NCBI GenBank assembly: GCA_963703345.1
Contig: OY969814.1
Coordinates: 1,472,001-1,536,000, forward strand
Direction of reading: 5' to 3'
DNA length: 64,000 nucleotides
Origin: an uncultured Chloroflexia bacterium
GTDB lineage: Bacteria > Chloroflexota > Dehalococcoidia > DSTF01 > JALHUB01
Shown: positions 29,034-38,739 of the stretch, piece after piece
Position numbering within the stretch: the first letter of the stretch is position 1
How the letters are laid out: each line of letters begins with the position of its first letter
Notes under the pieces: generated by a model
What the model was told of the DNA's origin: nothing
The model's database searches: none
What the model saw: the letters and a program-made list of their open reading frames with translations, nothing else
Translations under genes and position numbers: made by a program

Positions 29034-30270
29034 CGTTGAAGCGATACGCAAGGACTTCCCGATCCTCGAGCGCACCGTGCATGGCAAGCCCCTGGTCTAC
29101 CTGGACAACGCCGCCACCACACAGAAGCCGCACGCCGTCATCGACGCGCTCGTTGAGTACTACGAGCACTATAACTCCAACATCCATCGCGGCCTGCACA
29201 CCCTCGCCGAGGAGTCGACAGCCCGCTACGAAGAGGCGCGGCAGAAAGTCGCGCGCTTTATCAATGCGCCGGGCCCGGAGAGTATCATCTTCACCCGCAA
29301 CGCCACCGAGTCGATCAACCTCGTCGCACAGGGCTGGGGACGCACGCATATCAGAGCCGGCGACGAGATCGTCCTCACGGTCATGGAGCACCACAGCAAT
29401 CTGGTGCCCTGGCAGATGCTGGCGAAGGAGACCGGCGCCGTTCTCCGATTCGTCGATATCGATGACGAAGGCCGGCTGCGCCCCGAGGACTGGCCACGCC
29501 TTGTCGGCGAGAGGACGAAGCTGGTCACGCTGACGCAGATGTCGAACGTGCTCGGCACTATCAACCCCGTGCGCGAGATCGCTGCCCTTGCCCACCGGTA
29601 CGGCGCTCTCGTCTTCGTCGACGGCGCCCAGAGCGTGCCCCACATGCCGGTAGACGTCCAGGATCTGGATTGCGATTTCCTGGTCTTCTCCAGCCACAAG
29701 ATGCTGGGCCCCACCGGCGTCGGCGTCGTCTACGCCCGGCTCAGCGTCCTTGAAGAGACAACGCCGTTCCTGACCGGTGGCCACATGATCAGCAGGGTAA
29801 CGCTGGAAGACTCCACCTGGAACGACCTCCCGTGGCGCTTCGAGGCGGGCACGCCGAACATCGCCGACGTAATCGCATTCGGCGCTGCCATAGACTACCT
29901 CACGGGCATCGGCATGAGAGCGGTGCGCCGCCACGAGATCGAGCTCACGGCCTACGCCTTGCAGGTGCTGTCGGAGATACCAGACGTGACACTTTACGGG
30001 CCGAAGGATGCGTCTGTACGCGGCGCCGCGGTCTCCTTCAACCTTGGGGAGCTCCATCCCCACGACATCGGCACCGTCCTCGACAGCTACGGGATCGCTA
30101 TTCGCGCCGGCCACCACTGCGCTCAGCCCCTGATGACGCGCCTGGGCGTTGTCGCCACCGCGCGCGCCAGCTTCTATCTTTACAACACTCGCGAAGAAAT
30201 CGACGCTCTGGTGCGGGGAGTCAAGGAGGCCGCGAAGTTCTTTGGAAATGTCATCAGCAGCCGAACCTGA
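29026..30270 (+). CDS. sufS: Cysteine desulfurase
   Basis: YLDNAATTQKP, SSHKM.GP and RAGHHCAQP motifs. Confidence 0.95.
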   Translation: MFDVEAIRKDFPILERTVHGKPLVYLDNAATTQKPHAVIDALVEYYEHYNSNIHRGLHTLAEESTARYEEARQKVARFINAPGPESIIFTRNATESINLVAQGWGRTHIRAGDEIVLTVMEHHSNLVPWQMLAKETGAVLRFVDIDDEGRLRPEDWPRLVGERTKLVTLTQMSNVLGTINPVREIAALAHRYGALVFVDGAQSVPHMPVDVQDLDCDFLVFSSHKMLGPTGVGVVYARLSVLEETTPFLTGGHMISRVTLEDSTWNDLPWRFEAGTPNIADVIAFGAAIDYLTGIGMRAVRRHEIELTAYALQVLSEIPDVTLYGPKDASVRGAAVSFNLGELHPHDIGTVLDSYGIAIRAGHHCAQPLMTRLGVVATARASFYLYNTREEIDALVRGVKEAAKFFGNVISSRT

Positions 30271-30709
30271 GCTCGACGAGCTCTACAAAGACCTGATCCT
30301 CGACCACTACCGGCGGCCGCGAAACCGTCACTCCGTCGCGGAGCCGAAGGTTGTCGGCGAGGGCTATAACCCTCTCTGTGGCGATGAGATCGCCGTCGAG
30401 GCCCACATCGAGGGCGACGTTCTTGCCGACGTTGGCTTTCAGGGGCGCGGCTGCTCCCTCAGCCAGGCCTCCGGCTCCATGATGACCGAGGCGATCAAGG
30501 GGAAGACGCTTCAGGAAGCGCGGTCGCTCATCGCCCAGTTCACGCGCATGATGACCAATCCGGCATCTCCGGCGTCCGAAGAACTTGGCGACCTGGAGGC
30601 ATTCATCGGCGTCGCCAAGTACCCGGTCCGCGTGAAGTGCGCCACGCTCGCCTGGCACGCTCTAATAGACCTGCTGAACCAGTACGAGCAGACGCAGGAG
30701 AGTTGCTAG
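30248..30709 (+). CDS. sufU: SufU/NifU-type protein
   Basis: NPLCGD, G.GC..SQAS and RVKCATL motifs. Confidence 0.92.
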   Translation: MSSAAEPELDELYKDLILDHYRRPRNRHSVAEPKVVGEGYNPLCGDEIAVEAHIEGDVLADVGFQGRGCSLSQASGSMMTEAIKGKTLQEARSLIAQFTRMMTNPASPASEELGDLEAFIGVAKYPVRVKCATLAWHALIDLLNQYEQTQESC

Positions 30710-30711
30710 CC

Positions 30712-31017
30712 GTGCTCTTCTCGGAAGAAGTGGTCCGCGAACGCCTGCGCGACGTGCTCGATCCGGAGATGCGTCTCAGCGTCGTCGACCTTGGTCTCAT
30801 CTACGCGATCGACATTGAAGGCGACACTGTGCGCGTCACCTATACTCTTACCAGCCCCGCCTGCCCTCTCGGCGGCCTCATCGCCGAGCAGATCCGTCGC
30901 GCCGTGCTGGATATCCCGGGCGTGCGGGACATCGAGCTGTTGCTCACGTTCAGCCCGCCCTGGGACCCAAACACCATGGCCAGCGAAGACGCGCGGATGG
31001 AGATGGGCATCTGGTAG
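30712..31017 (+). CDS. sufT: DUF59/PaaD-like Fe-S maturation factor
   Basis: V.DPE, VVDLGLIY, TLTSPACP and PPW motifs. Confidence 0.85.
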   Translation: MLFSEEVVRERLRDVLDPEMRLSVVDLGLIYAIDIEGDTVRVTYTLTSPACPLGGLIAEQIRRAVLDIPGVRDIELLLTFSPPWDPNTMASEDARMEMGIW

Positions 31018-31350
31018 GTTGCGCCCGCTCCGCGCGGACCTTCCCAGGCTGTTGAAGAACTACCCTAGCCGAGACTTTCTAGTCTCGGCGCCGAACCTGC
31101 GGCCAGGCTGGGAAGCGTGGCCTACGCGCCTTTCGAGCTTCGGCTTTCTGCGATTTCGGCCGTTCAGGGGCTATCCCCCAAGTTAAGTCGGGTGCTGACA
31201 CCCTTCATCCAGCCCTCCTGAGTATCGACATACAAACAGACCCTTAATGGTTGGAAGCGGTAGCCAGGAGGATGGCTGCCGCAAGCCCCGCCCAACGGCG
31301 GGAGACGGGCCGCGTCTTACAGGGCCCCGCTCCGAATAAGGAGGGAGTGA

Positions 31351-31938
31351 ATGAGCAGACTACTCAAGCTATTCAGAAAGGCAACCGGGAAAGAGGAAGG
31401 CATCACCGGTCTGGAGACCGCCATCATATTGATTGCCTTCGTAGTTGTGGCGACCGTCTTCGCGTTCGTCGTGCTGAGCACAGGTCTATTCAGCTCTGAG
31501 CGAGGCAAAGAAGCGGTCTACGCAGGACTCGCGAAGACCGAGGGTTCGCTGGAGTTGAGGGGAGCCGTTATCGCTAACACCGACGGCTCGATCGTGGACA
31601 CTCTCGTCTTCGACCTGGCCAACGCCGCCGGCGGCGAACCCGTCAACCTCGACCCGACCGCCGTCAGCAACAAGATGGTCATCGCCTACCGCGACGCCAA
31701 CACCACCATCCCCAGCATCGCCTGGGACGTCAACTTCCTGGTGCCAGCAACGCCGCCAGCGAACAACAGCTACCTGCTAATGGAAGGTGAGCTGGCGGAA
31801 ATCACGGTGGACATCACGGCTGAGGCTCTTGGGCCGAACCAGCCGTTCACCATTGAGGTGAAGCCACCGCTCGGCGGTACCATGACCATCGCCAGGACGA
31901 CACCTGCCGGCCTGGATACAGTGGTTGACCTCCATTAA
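31351..31938 (+). CDS. arlB: Archaellin (archaeal-type flagellin ArlB/FlaB)
   Basis: Class III signal ..KEEG|ITGLETAIILIAFVVVA.VFAF.VLSTG; C-terminal GE..EI and F.IEVKPP.G motifs. Confidence 0.9.
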   Translation: MSRLLKLFRKATGKEEGITGLETAIILIAFVVVATVFAFVVLSTGLFSSERGKEAVYAGLAKTEGSLELRGAVIANTDGSIVDTLVFDLANAAGGEPVNLDPTAVSNKMVIAYRDANTTIPSIAWDVNFLVPATPPANNSYLLMEGELAEITVDITAEALGPNQPFTIEVKPPLGGTMTIARTTPAGLDTVVDLH

Positions 31939-32008
31939 GGAGCAACTGCTCTCCTTAAGGAAAGCCAGGCGGACGCGGCCGTAGGATTCCAACAATAGAG
32001 CCCAAAAT

Positions 32009-32040
32009 CTGGGCACCCGCTCGAAAGAGTGGGTGCCCAG
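32009..32040 (+). terminator. Strong hairpin after the archaellin gene
   Basis: CTGGGCACCCGCTC-GAAA-GAGTGGGTGCCCAG. Confidence 0.6.
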
Positions 32041-32200
32041 TCATCTCCTTGAAGCCCCCTTTCACCGGCTCTGCACGCTTCGCTCAAACACGTCCCGAGG
32101 CACCCACGATAGGCCTGTGCTGCCAGTGGACATTTAGCCGGAAGGCGTGCTATAGATATCCACAATCGGGAATCGAAGCAGGAAATAGGAGGTTTCTTTC

Positions 32201-32851
32201 GTGGCAAACGACATCGAGGCAAGACTCGAAGCCCTGAAAAGAGAGGTGGAGGGGCTGAAGGGCAAGGCCGTCACGGTCACGGAGACTATTGCGAACCCCG
32301 CGCCTCTGGGTCTCGCCGGCTTTGGTCTCACCACGCTGCTGCTCAACGTGGTGAACGCAGGCATCATCAACAAGACCGACATTGGGATGGTGTTGCCCGT
32401 CGGTCTCTTCTACGGCGGTCTCGCGCAGTTGCTGGCCGGCCAGTGGGAGTTCAAGAAGAACAACACCTTTGGCGCGACCGCCTTCACGTCCTTCGGCGCC
32501 TTCTGGCTGTCCTTCGCTGTGATGGAGATACTGATCGGCAACAAAATTCTGGGTCCGGTATCGGCTCCGGGCGGCATCACGGTGTTCCTGATCGGATGGG
32601 GAATCTTCACCACCTACATGTTTGTCGGCACCATGAGGATCTCAGTGGCGCTGATGGTCGTGTTCGCAGCGCTGGCGATTCTCTTCTATCTGCTGGCCTG
32701 GGGCGCACACAGCGGAAACTCGAATGTCGAACACTTCGCTGGCTATGAAGGTCTCTTCACTGCCGGCGCGGCGCTGTACGCCTCATTCGCCCAGATCGTC
32801 AACGAGACCTGGGGCCGCGTACTCCTGCCCCTGGGCGTAATCAAGAAATAG
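32201..32851 (+). CDS. satP: GPR1/FUN34/YaaH acetate uptake transporter
   Basis: ANPAPLGLAGF, FYGG.AQ and NTFGATAF motifs. Confidence 0.9.
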   Translation: MANDIEARLEALKREVEGLKGKAVTVTETIANPAPLGLAGFGLTTLLLNVVNAGIINKTDIGMVLPVGLFYGGLAQLLAGQWEFKKNNTFGATAFTSFGAFWLSFAVMEILIGNKILGPVSAPGGITVFLIGWGIFTTYMFVGTMRISVALMVVFAALAILFYLLAWGAHSGNSNVEHFAGYEGLFTAGAALYASFAQIVNETWGRVLLPLGVIKK

Positions 32852-32922
32852 CAGGCGCTCTTAGCGAGAAGAGGGCGCTCGCGGAGGCAACCGCCTAGAC
32901 GCGAGCGGGCCAGGAACCATTG

Positions 32923-32961
32923 GGCCGCCGGCGAAGGATTCTTCGTCGGCGGCCTCTCTTT
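32923..32961 (+). terminator. Rho-independent terminator
   Basis: GGCCGCCGGCGAAG-gatt-CTTCGTCGGCGGCC followed by TCTCTTT. Confidence 0.7.
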
Positions 32962-33072
32962 GTCCGGCCCCGTCCGACCCTGCGCTGGACAAGCAGAAGC
33001 GACGGCCGAACGGCCGCCGCTTCCATCGCTGGCCCCCTGGTCTTCTTATGGGCTGCCCGTTCCCTGGCCGGA

Positions 33073-33522
33073 TTAGGCCGCCGTTATCAGCAGGACCGGC
33101 ACGTGCGACTCCCTTAGCACCTGGTCGGCGACGCTTCCGAACATCAGTCGCGCCACGCCCCGTCGCGAACGCGTGGCCATGGCGATGATATCCGTGCCGT
33201 ATTCGGCCGCCGCCTTCAGTATCTCGCTCGACGGGTTGCCGAAGCGAACTTCCATCTCCGGCTTCAGGCCGTGGTCCTCAAAGCGCTCCGCCACAGGCCG
33301 GAGATGGTTCTCCGCCTCCTCTATCTGCGACTCGACCCAGGCAAGGCTGGCCACCTCGTCGCTGTCGCCATCCTGCGTAACCTGGCTGTTACGCTTGTCG
33401 AGATCGACGACCGTAAGCAGCCGAATGCTGCATCCAAATGCCTTCGCTGTCTCGGCGGCATGCTGTACTACGACTTCGGAACGAAGGGAACCATCCACCG
33501 GGACCAGCATCTTCTTGTACAT
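33073..33522 (-). CDS. Universal stress protein
   Basis: MYKKMLVPVDGS and FGSVADQVLR....PVL motifs. Confidence 0.92.
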   Translation of the reverse strand: MYKKMLVPVDGSLRSEVVVQHAAETAKAFGCSIRLLTVVDLDKRNSQVTQDGDSDEVASLAWVESQIEEAENHLRPVAERFEDHGLKPEMEVRFGNPSSEILKAAAEYGTDIIAMATRSRRGVARLMFGSVADQVLRESHVPVLLITAA

Positions 33523-33577
33523 GGCGTCCTACCTCCGACCTGAAAGCAGTAAGCGCTATATTGCTAGGCTCAAGAAG

Positions 33578-33605
33578 ATATCGGCAGACGCCAGACCGAT
33601 CTATA
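33578..33605 (-). promoter_or_regulatory. sigma-28-like promoter of the usp gene
   Basis: TATA-N16-GCCGATAT on the minus strand. Confidence 0.55.
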
Positions 33606-33676
33606 TAGTGGCAGTTCCCTATATGCGGGCCACGATGCGAGCCGGTTCGCGCGAGGAAGCGACGAAGCCGGCACCT

Positions 33677-34498
33677 TTAGGAGATGGGGACCTCCGGCGC
33701 GAACGAGATCGGCGCATAGCCCCCGGACAGGAATCCGCCTTCGACCGCGATGCCCTGGCCTGTGATGTAGCTGGAGGCGTCGGAGGCGAGAAACACAGTC
33801 AGCGGGCCCAGTTCCCACGGTTCGCCGACGCGCTGAGCCGGGAAGAACTTGCCCCTGTCCTTCCAGTAGCGCTCCTCCTGCTCGTTCGCCGACGGCCGCT
33901 TCGCGAACTCGCCGGGGATGATGCAGTTCACCCGAATGTTGTAACGGGCCAGCATGATTGCAAACGACTTGGTGAGGGAGACGATACCGGCCTTTGCGGC
34001 CGCATATGGGAGTATATGGGGAGCCCCGCGGAAGGCAGTGCCGGAGCTAAGGGTAATGATGGAGCCGCTACCCTGGTCGATCATCGGTTTGGCGACGGCG
34101 CGGGCGCAGTAGAAGGCGCTGGAAAGATTTACGTCGATGTTGTCGTGCCAGTCTTCGTCGGTCACTTCCCACAGAGGTCGGTTGAGACCGCGCGCCTCGC
34201 CGATGCCGGCGTTGGCCACGATCACGTCGACCCGCCCGAACTCATCCAGCGCGGCGCCTACGAGCCGGTCGACCTGCGCCGAATCACGCACGTCCGTCCG
34301 CACGGCGATGGCCCTGCGTCCGCCGCCCATGGCGATGACGTCACGCGCTATCGCATCGATGTATTCTTGCGTGCGCGCGGCGGCGACGATGTGAGCGCCT
34401 GCCTTCGCCAGGGCCAGGGTCATGTCCTTCCCCAACCCGCGGCCGGCGCCGGTAATCACGACCACTTTTCCAGTCAGGTCGAACCTCTCCATCACCAT
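33677..34498 (-). CDS. SDR oxidoreductase
   Basis: TGAGRGLG, NAG and YAAAK motifs. Confidence 0.92.
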   Translation of the reverse strand: MVMERFDLTGKVVVITGAGRGLGKDMTLALAKAGAHIVAAARTQEYIDAIARDVIAMGGGRRAIAVRTDVRDSAQVDRLVGAALDEFGRVDVIVANAGIGEARGLNRPLWEVTDEDWHDNIDVNLSSAFYCARAVAKPMIDQGSGSIITLSSGTAFRGAPHILPYAAAKAGIVSLTKSFAIMLARYNIRVNCIIPGEFAKRPSANEQEERYWKDRGKFFPAQRVGEPWELGPLTVFLASDASSYITGQGIAVEGGFLSGGYAPISFAPEVPIS

Positions 34499-34606
34499 CG
34501 CTGTTCATCCTCCCTGTTGCTGCTCGTCCGATTGTGGGCAGTATATGGGATGGCCTGCCTGACGGCAACGTCGAAAGAGACCTGGGTGGATCGGCTGGGG
34601 GGCAGG

Positions 34607-35602
34607 TCAGACAGTCCAGACGCTCTGAAGCCGCTTGATGTCCATCGTGCCACTGTTGGCGATATTTTCGGCCGGAATACCGGCTTCCTCGGCCGCGGCC
34701 AGCGGGTTCAGGCCGCCATCAAGAATAAGGCCCACCTTGTTCAGCCCAACGGGTATCTGGCAAACAGGCTGGCTGGGGTAGCCGGTGACGACCACGCCGC
34801 CGATTCCCACGCCCCGCAGCTTCTCGATGATCTCCTCAGCCATCGGTTTCGCCGCACCCGGTATCTCGCGGAAATTCGCGAGGATCTTGCCGTTGCCGTT
34901 GATAGCCGCCTCGCGCACGCTGGTCATGCCCGCCTTGATGTAGGCTAACGAGGGGTCTAGCGACGAGCCGGCGTAGTGGATTATGGCGACGAATCGCCGC
35001 GGCTGGCCATCACGCACTTCCAGGATGCCGCCGAAGCGGGAGTCCATCGGAATGCCGGCCTTGAGCAGCACGCCGTTGATCGTCGCGCTGCAAACGGTTG
35101 CCAGCCCGACCCTACCTTCGGGGACGATAACGTCACCTAGCTTCTCGCCTTCGTCGGCCACGGCAACGAGCTCACTCACGCAGACGCCGGCGACAAACGC
35201 GTCCTTCATCGCCGCCAGCGCCTTCCGGAACCTGTCCTTCGGGAAAATCGACGTGTTTATCACGACCTCGCCGGTGCCGCGGGTCGGGTCCAGCGTCGTC
35301 TGAAAGGCAAGCGAGGCGATGCGTTCAATGACGAAACCGAGCTGCTCCGGCGCCAGCGCGTTCGACAGCTCTTCGTGCCCCCGGCGCGTCAGCATCCGGC
35401 CATCCCTGCCCAGCGGCTGGGTGAAGCCGCGGGCATCGGTGATCCGCAAGTGATAGCGGACCGTGCGCTCGTTCAGGTAGATGCCCTGGTTCTCTAGCTC
35501 GCGGGCGATGCTGATCGAGCCCAGCGGCTCTTTCGACTCGCTGAGCACCTTCAGTATCGCGACCGTCTTTCTCTCCGTGTCGCGGGCTTCGCTCTCCAAC
35601 AT
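34607..35602 (-). CDS. nrpR: NrpR-family regulator (wHTH plus a single DUF128/NRD domain)
   Basis: ERTVRYHL, G.V..NTS, CS.TINGVLL..GIP, Y.GSSLDP, ANFREIP and GGLNP motifs. Confidence 0.85.
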   Translation of the reverse strand: MLESEARDTERKTVAILKVLSESKEPLGSISIARELENQGIYLNERTVRYHLRITDARGFTQPLGRDGRMLTRRGHEELSNALAPEQLGFVIERIASLAFQTTLDPTRGTGEVVINTSIFPKDRFRKALAAMKDAFVAGVCVSELVAVADEGEKLGDVIVPEGRVGLATVCSATINGVLLKAGIPMDSRFGGILEVRDGQPRRFVAIIHYAGSSLDPSLAYIKAGMTSVREAAINGNGKILANFREIPGAAKPMAEEIIEKLRGVGIGGVVVTGYPSQPVCQIPVGLNKVGLILDGGLNPLAAAEEAGIPAENIANSGTMDIKRLQSVWTV

Positions 35603-35859
35603 GGACCGATTCTACCTTTGGCGATGTGCGATTCTGTTCGACGACTTGTAGCAGTCAATAGTATTGTAGTGCGCCGCATTCCTTGTGCCAAATGGGGGCG
35701 GAGGGTGCCGGCGGCCAGGGGTAGAGACCTCGGGTCTCGATAGCGTTGAACGACGCGGCCCGACGCCTGGAGCGGTCGAGACCGCGGTGCTGGAAGGGAC
35801 GATGATCCGCCATCCTCGGGCCGCTCGGGTTGCCGAGCGGCCTGGCACTCGTTTCGACG

Positions 35860-36723
35860 CTAGGAGAACAGGTCCTCGGGGCGCGCCTTCGGCGCTCGGA
35901 GAGTTGCGTGGCGGGAGCGGTAGTACTCCTCCGGACTGCAGCCTATCTCGCGACGAAATGCGCGATTGAACTGCGCATAGCTCCCGAAGCCCGCTTCTTT
36001 GGCGACCCCGAACAGCACCTTCTGTTTGTGTTGCGGCCGAATTCGCAGGAACTTCTGCAGGCGAACATGGTTGCGGAAATCGCTGATGTTCATCCCGACC
36101 TGGCGTTTAAACAGACGGCTCAACTGACCGGGGCTGATGCCCGCCTTCCTCGCCAGCGCCGTCAGGTCGCGCGACGGATCGTGGAGCAGGAAGGACATGG
36201 CGCGCGACACTCCGGGGTGAAGCGCCTTCGCGTCCCGAGAATCGCCGTAGGCGAAGGCGTTCCAGGCCGACGCCAGCCACCAGGCCATGCCGTACTCATA
36301 GCAATCGAGCGGCTGGAAGCCGGCGTACAGCTCTTGGGCGATGTTGTTTAGCGTCCGAACGCATCCAGCCGGGAGGACGCGCGTCATGCCTAAGGCAGGG
36401 CCCTTTCCGGCAACGATGGGGATTCGCGGCTTCATCTGCTCGAACATCTGGGACGAGACACCGATCAGCCACATTGAGAAATCCGGCGTGTATTCCATGA
36501 TGACGTGTTCCAGCTCCGGCGGGAGCCAGAGCAGACTGCGCGCTTGGAGATTGAATCTCTCACCGCCGACCTCGTAGACGCAGCTTCCAGCCGTAACGAG
36601 CACGACCTCCAGCGTATCGTGGCAGTGCACCTCTCCCTTCAGCACCTGGGCGACGTCCCGTCGCGGAAACCGCCAGGCCACACCGCTTCTGCCCTTCGGC
36701 AGCGCCACCACTCTTCTAAACAT
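35860..36723 (-). CDS. AraC-family regulator with cupin domain
   Basis: H.H..LE; LSRLFK..VG; AGFGS..QF.R.F....G.SP.EY. Confidence 0.88.
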   Translation of the reverse strand: MFRRVVALPKGRSGVAWRFPRRDVAQVLKGEVHCHDTLEVVLVTAGSCVYEVGGERFNLQARSLLWLPPELEHVIMEYTPDFSMWLIGVSSQMFEQMKPRIPIVAGKGPALGMTRVLPAGCVRTLNNIAQELYAGFQPLDCYEYGMAWWLASAWNAFAYGDSRDAKALHPGVSRAMSFLLHDPSRDLTALARKAGISPGQLSRLFKRQVGMNISDFRNHVRLQKFLRIRPQHKQKVLFGVAKEAGFGSYAQFNRAFRREIGCSPEEYYRSRHATLRAPKARPEDLFS

Positions 36724-36900
36724 GCGAGAAGACTACATCCTTGTGATGGAATGTGCAATGAGCGCTCAATATCCGCCTGCGAAAGTGGAGAGATCATATT
36801 AACGAATGGACTTACACGGGTCGGACGGCGCTTGAAGTCAGCGCGTCTCAGGCATATCTTGCAGTTACCGGTCCTCTCTTGAAAAGGCGGAAGGCAGGGT

Positions 36901-38121
36901 GTGATGAGACAAGTCGCTGTCGTTGGAGCGGGGATGACCCGCTTTGGCAAGTACCTGGAGCGCGGACTGAAAGACCTGGCGAGAGAGGCCGTCGAAGGGG
37001 CGCTGGCCACCGCGGGGACGGAGAGATCGTCCTTGCAGGTCGCGGTCGTTGGAAACGGCGCCGCGGGCCTCATCACCGGCCAGGAGATGGTGCGCGCGGA
37101 GGTCATGCTGCGGGAGATGGGGATCGGCGGCATCCCCATGCTCAACGCCGAGAACGCCTGCGCCAGCTCCTCGACCGCCTTTCACCTCGCCTGGCTCTAC
37201 GTCGCCTCCGGCATGTACGACCTGGCGCTCGCGCTCGGCGTCGAAAAACTTTACCACACCGACAAACAGCGCTCCTTCGCCGCCATCGGCTCTGCCGTCG
37301 ACGTGGAGCTGACGGAGCAGATGGTCGCCGAGGCCCAGGCGGACCAGGCGCGTGAAGGCCTGGCCGCGGGCGCCGGCTCCTCGCGCAGCCTCTTCATGGA
37401 CCTCTATGCGGCCCTTGCCCGCGACCACATGCGTCGCTACGGCACTACGAAGGAGCAGTACGCTCGCATAGCCGTCAAGAACCACTTCAACGGCAGCCTC
37501 AATCCCCATGCCCAGTACAGGGAGCGCTACACGCTCGAAGAGGTGCTGGCGTCGCCGCCCGTCACCGAGCCGCTCACCCGTCTCATGTGCTCTCCCATCG
37601 GCGACGGTGCCGCCGCGCTCGTCCTCTGTTCGGAGGAGAAGGCGCGTCAGCTCACAACGAAACCGGTCTGGGTGCGTGCCAGCGTCCTCACGACAGGCGA
37701 GGACCATTCTCCCGACGAGCCGGGCCTGGGCGAACGCGCCGCCGCTGCCGCCTACGAGATGGCCGCGCTCACGCCCGAAGACGTCAACGTCGCCGAGCTG
37801 CACGATGCCACGGCCTCTGCTGAGCTTATCCTCTGCGAAGAGATGGGCTTTTGCCCGCGGGGCGAGGGCGGCCGCCTCATCGACAGCGGCTGGACGTCTC
37901 TAGGAGGGAAGCTTCCCGTGAACACGAGCGGCGGCCTCATCTCCAAGGGCCACCCGATAGGCGCAACCGGCGCGGCGCAGATATTCGAGGCGTTCCTTCA
38001 GTTGCGCGGAGAGGCCGGCGACCGGCAAGTGGTTGGAGCCAAGGTCGCGCTCGCGGAGAACAGCGGCGGCATGATGCGGGGCGAAAACGCCGTCGCCAGC
38101 GTGCACATCTTCTCGCTGTGA
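36901..38121 (+). CDS. Thiolase (SCP2/lipid-transfer type)
   Basis: ENACASS, CSP..DGAAA, ELHDA and GHPIGATG motifs. Confidence 0.9.
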   Translation: MMRQVAVVGAGMTRFGKYLERGLKDLAREAVEGALATAGTERSSLQVAVVGNGAAGLITGQEMVRAEVMLREMGIGGIPMLNAENACASSSTAFHLAWLYVASGMYDLALALGVEKLYHTDKQRSFAAIGSAVDVELTEQMVAEAQADQAREGLAAGAGSSRSLFMDLYAALARDHMRRYGTTKEQYARIAVKNHFNGSLNPHAQYRERYTLEEVLASPPVTEPLTRLMCSPIGDGAAALVLCSEEKARQLTTKPVWVRASVLTTGEDHSPDEPGLGERAAAAAYEMAALTPEDVNVAELHDATASAELILCEEMGFCPRGEGGRLIDSGWTSLGGKLPVNTSGGLISKGHPIGATGAAQIFEAFLQLRGEAGDRQVVGAKVALAENSGGMMRGENAVASVHIFSL

Positions 38122-38136
38122 CGGCGCCTCAAGCGT

Positions 38137-38739
38137 CTACTGGACGCTCGTGAGACAGAAGAGGTTCGTCTTCTTCGTGTGGTCATAGAAGCGCTGCTCG
38201 CACTTCTCCGGCGATGCGTCGGCCGGCGAGTCAACGCCCGCGATCAGCGTGAACGTCTTGCCGTCAGAGACGTACCAGTAGCCGTTGGTCACGGGATTCC
38301 CGTCCGGATCGGTTGGTATCGGGTCCAGATAGTCTTTAATCTTGCAGAGCGCGTCCAGGTCCTTGTAGCTGCAACCTGACTGGACGTTGTTGTTGTTGCT
38401 CGGGAACTCCCCCTTGTCGGCCTTGTACTGCTCCAGGGCCACGCCGATCTTGTACAGGTCCGAAAGCCGTGTCTGGTCCCGCTCCTGCGCCACGATGGCG
38501 GGAATCGCGGTCGGCCCCGGCGTGGGGATCTCTGTCGCCGCGGGGGCCCACGGCGTCGGCGAAACCGGTGCGGCTTCGACGGTGGCGCGGACCACGTCCG
38601 GCGACTGGGCCTGGTTCTGTGGTTGCGCGTTCGTCGGAGCGCCCAGCGTCAGGTCAAGCGCCAGCGCGATGAGGACGACGAGGATAGCCGACGCTATGGG
38701 AACATAGGGAAGCCACTTGCGCCATTCTTCTCGCGACAC
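38137..38739 (-). CDS. Membrane-anchored pilin/GspG-like protein
   Basis: N-terminal TM; Pro/Thr linker; RDQTRLSDL..I..ALEQY..DKG.FP and YL..IPTDP motifs. Confidence 0.7.
   Translation of the reverse strand: MSREEWRKWLPYVPIASAILVVLIALALDLTLGAPTNAQPQNQAQSPDVVRATVEAAPVSPTPWAPAATEIPTPGPTAIPAIVAQERDQTRLSDLYKIGVALEQYKADKGEFPSNNNNVQSGCSYKDLDALCKIKDYLDPIPTDPDGNPVTNGYWYVSDGKTFTLIAGVDSPADASPEKCEQRFYDHTKKTNLFCLTSVQ

Noticed and set aside
31048-31090. AGGCTGTTGAAGAAC resembling an IS terminal repeat, followed by a hairpin
   Set aside because: No partner inverted repeat, target duplication or transposase
31251-31499. 82-aa ORF overlapping the archaellin start
   Set aside because: The internal ATG directly abuts the SD-like loop, the ORF is out of frame with a clear gene, and there is no homology signal
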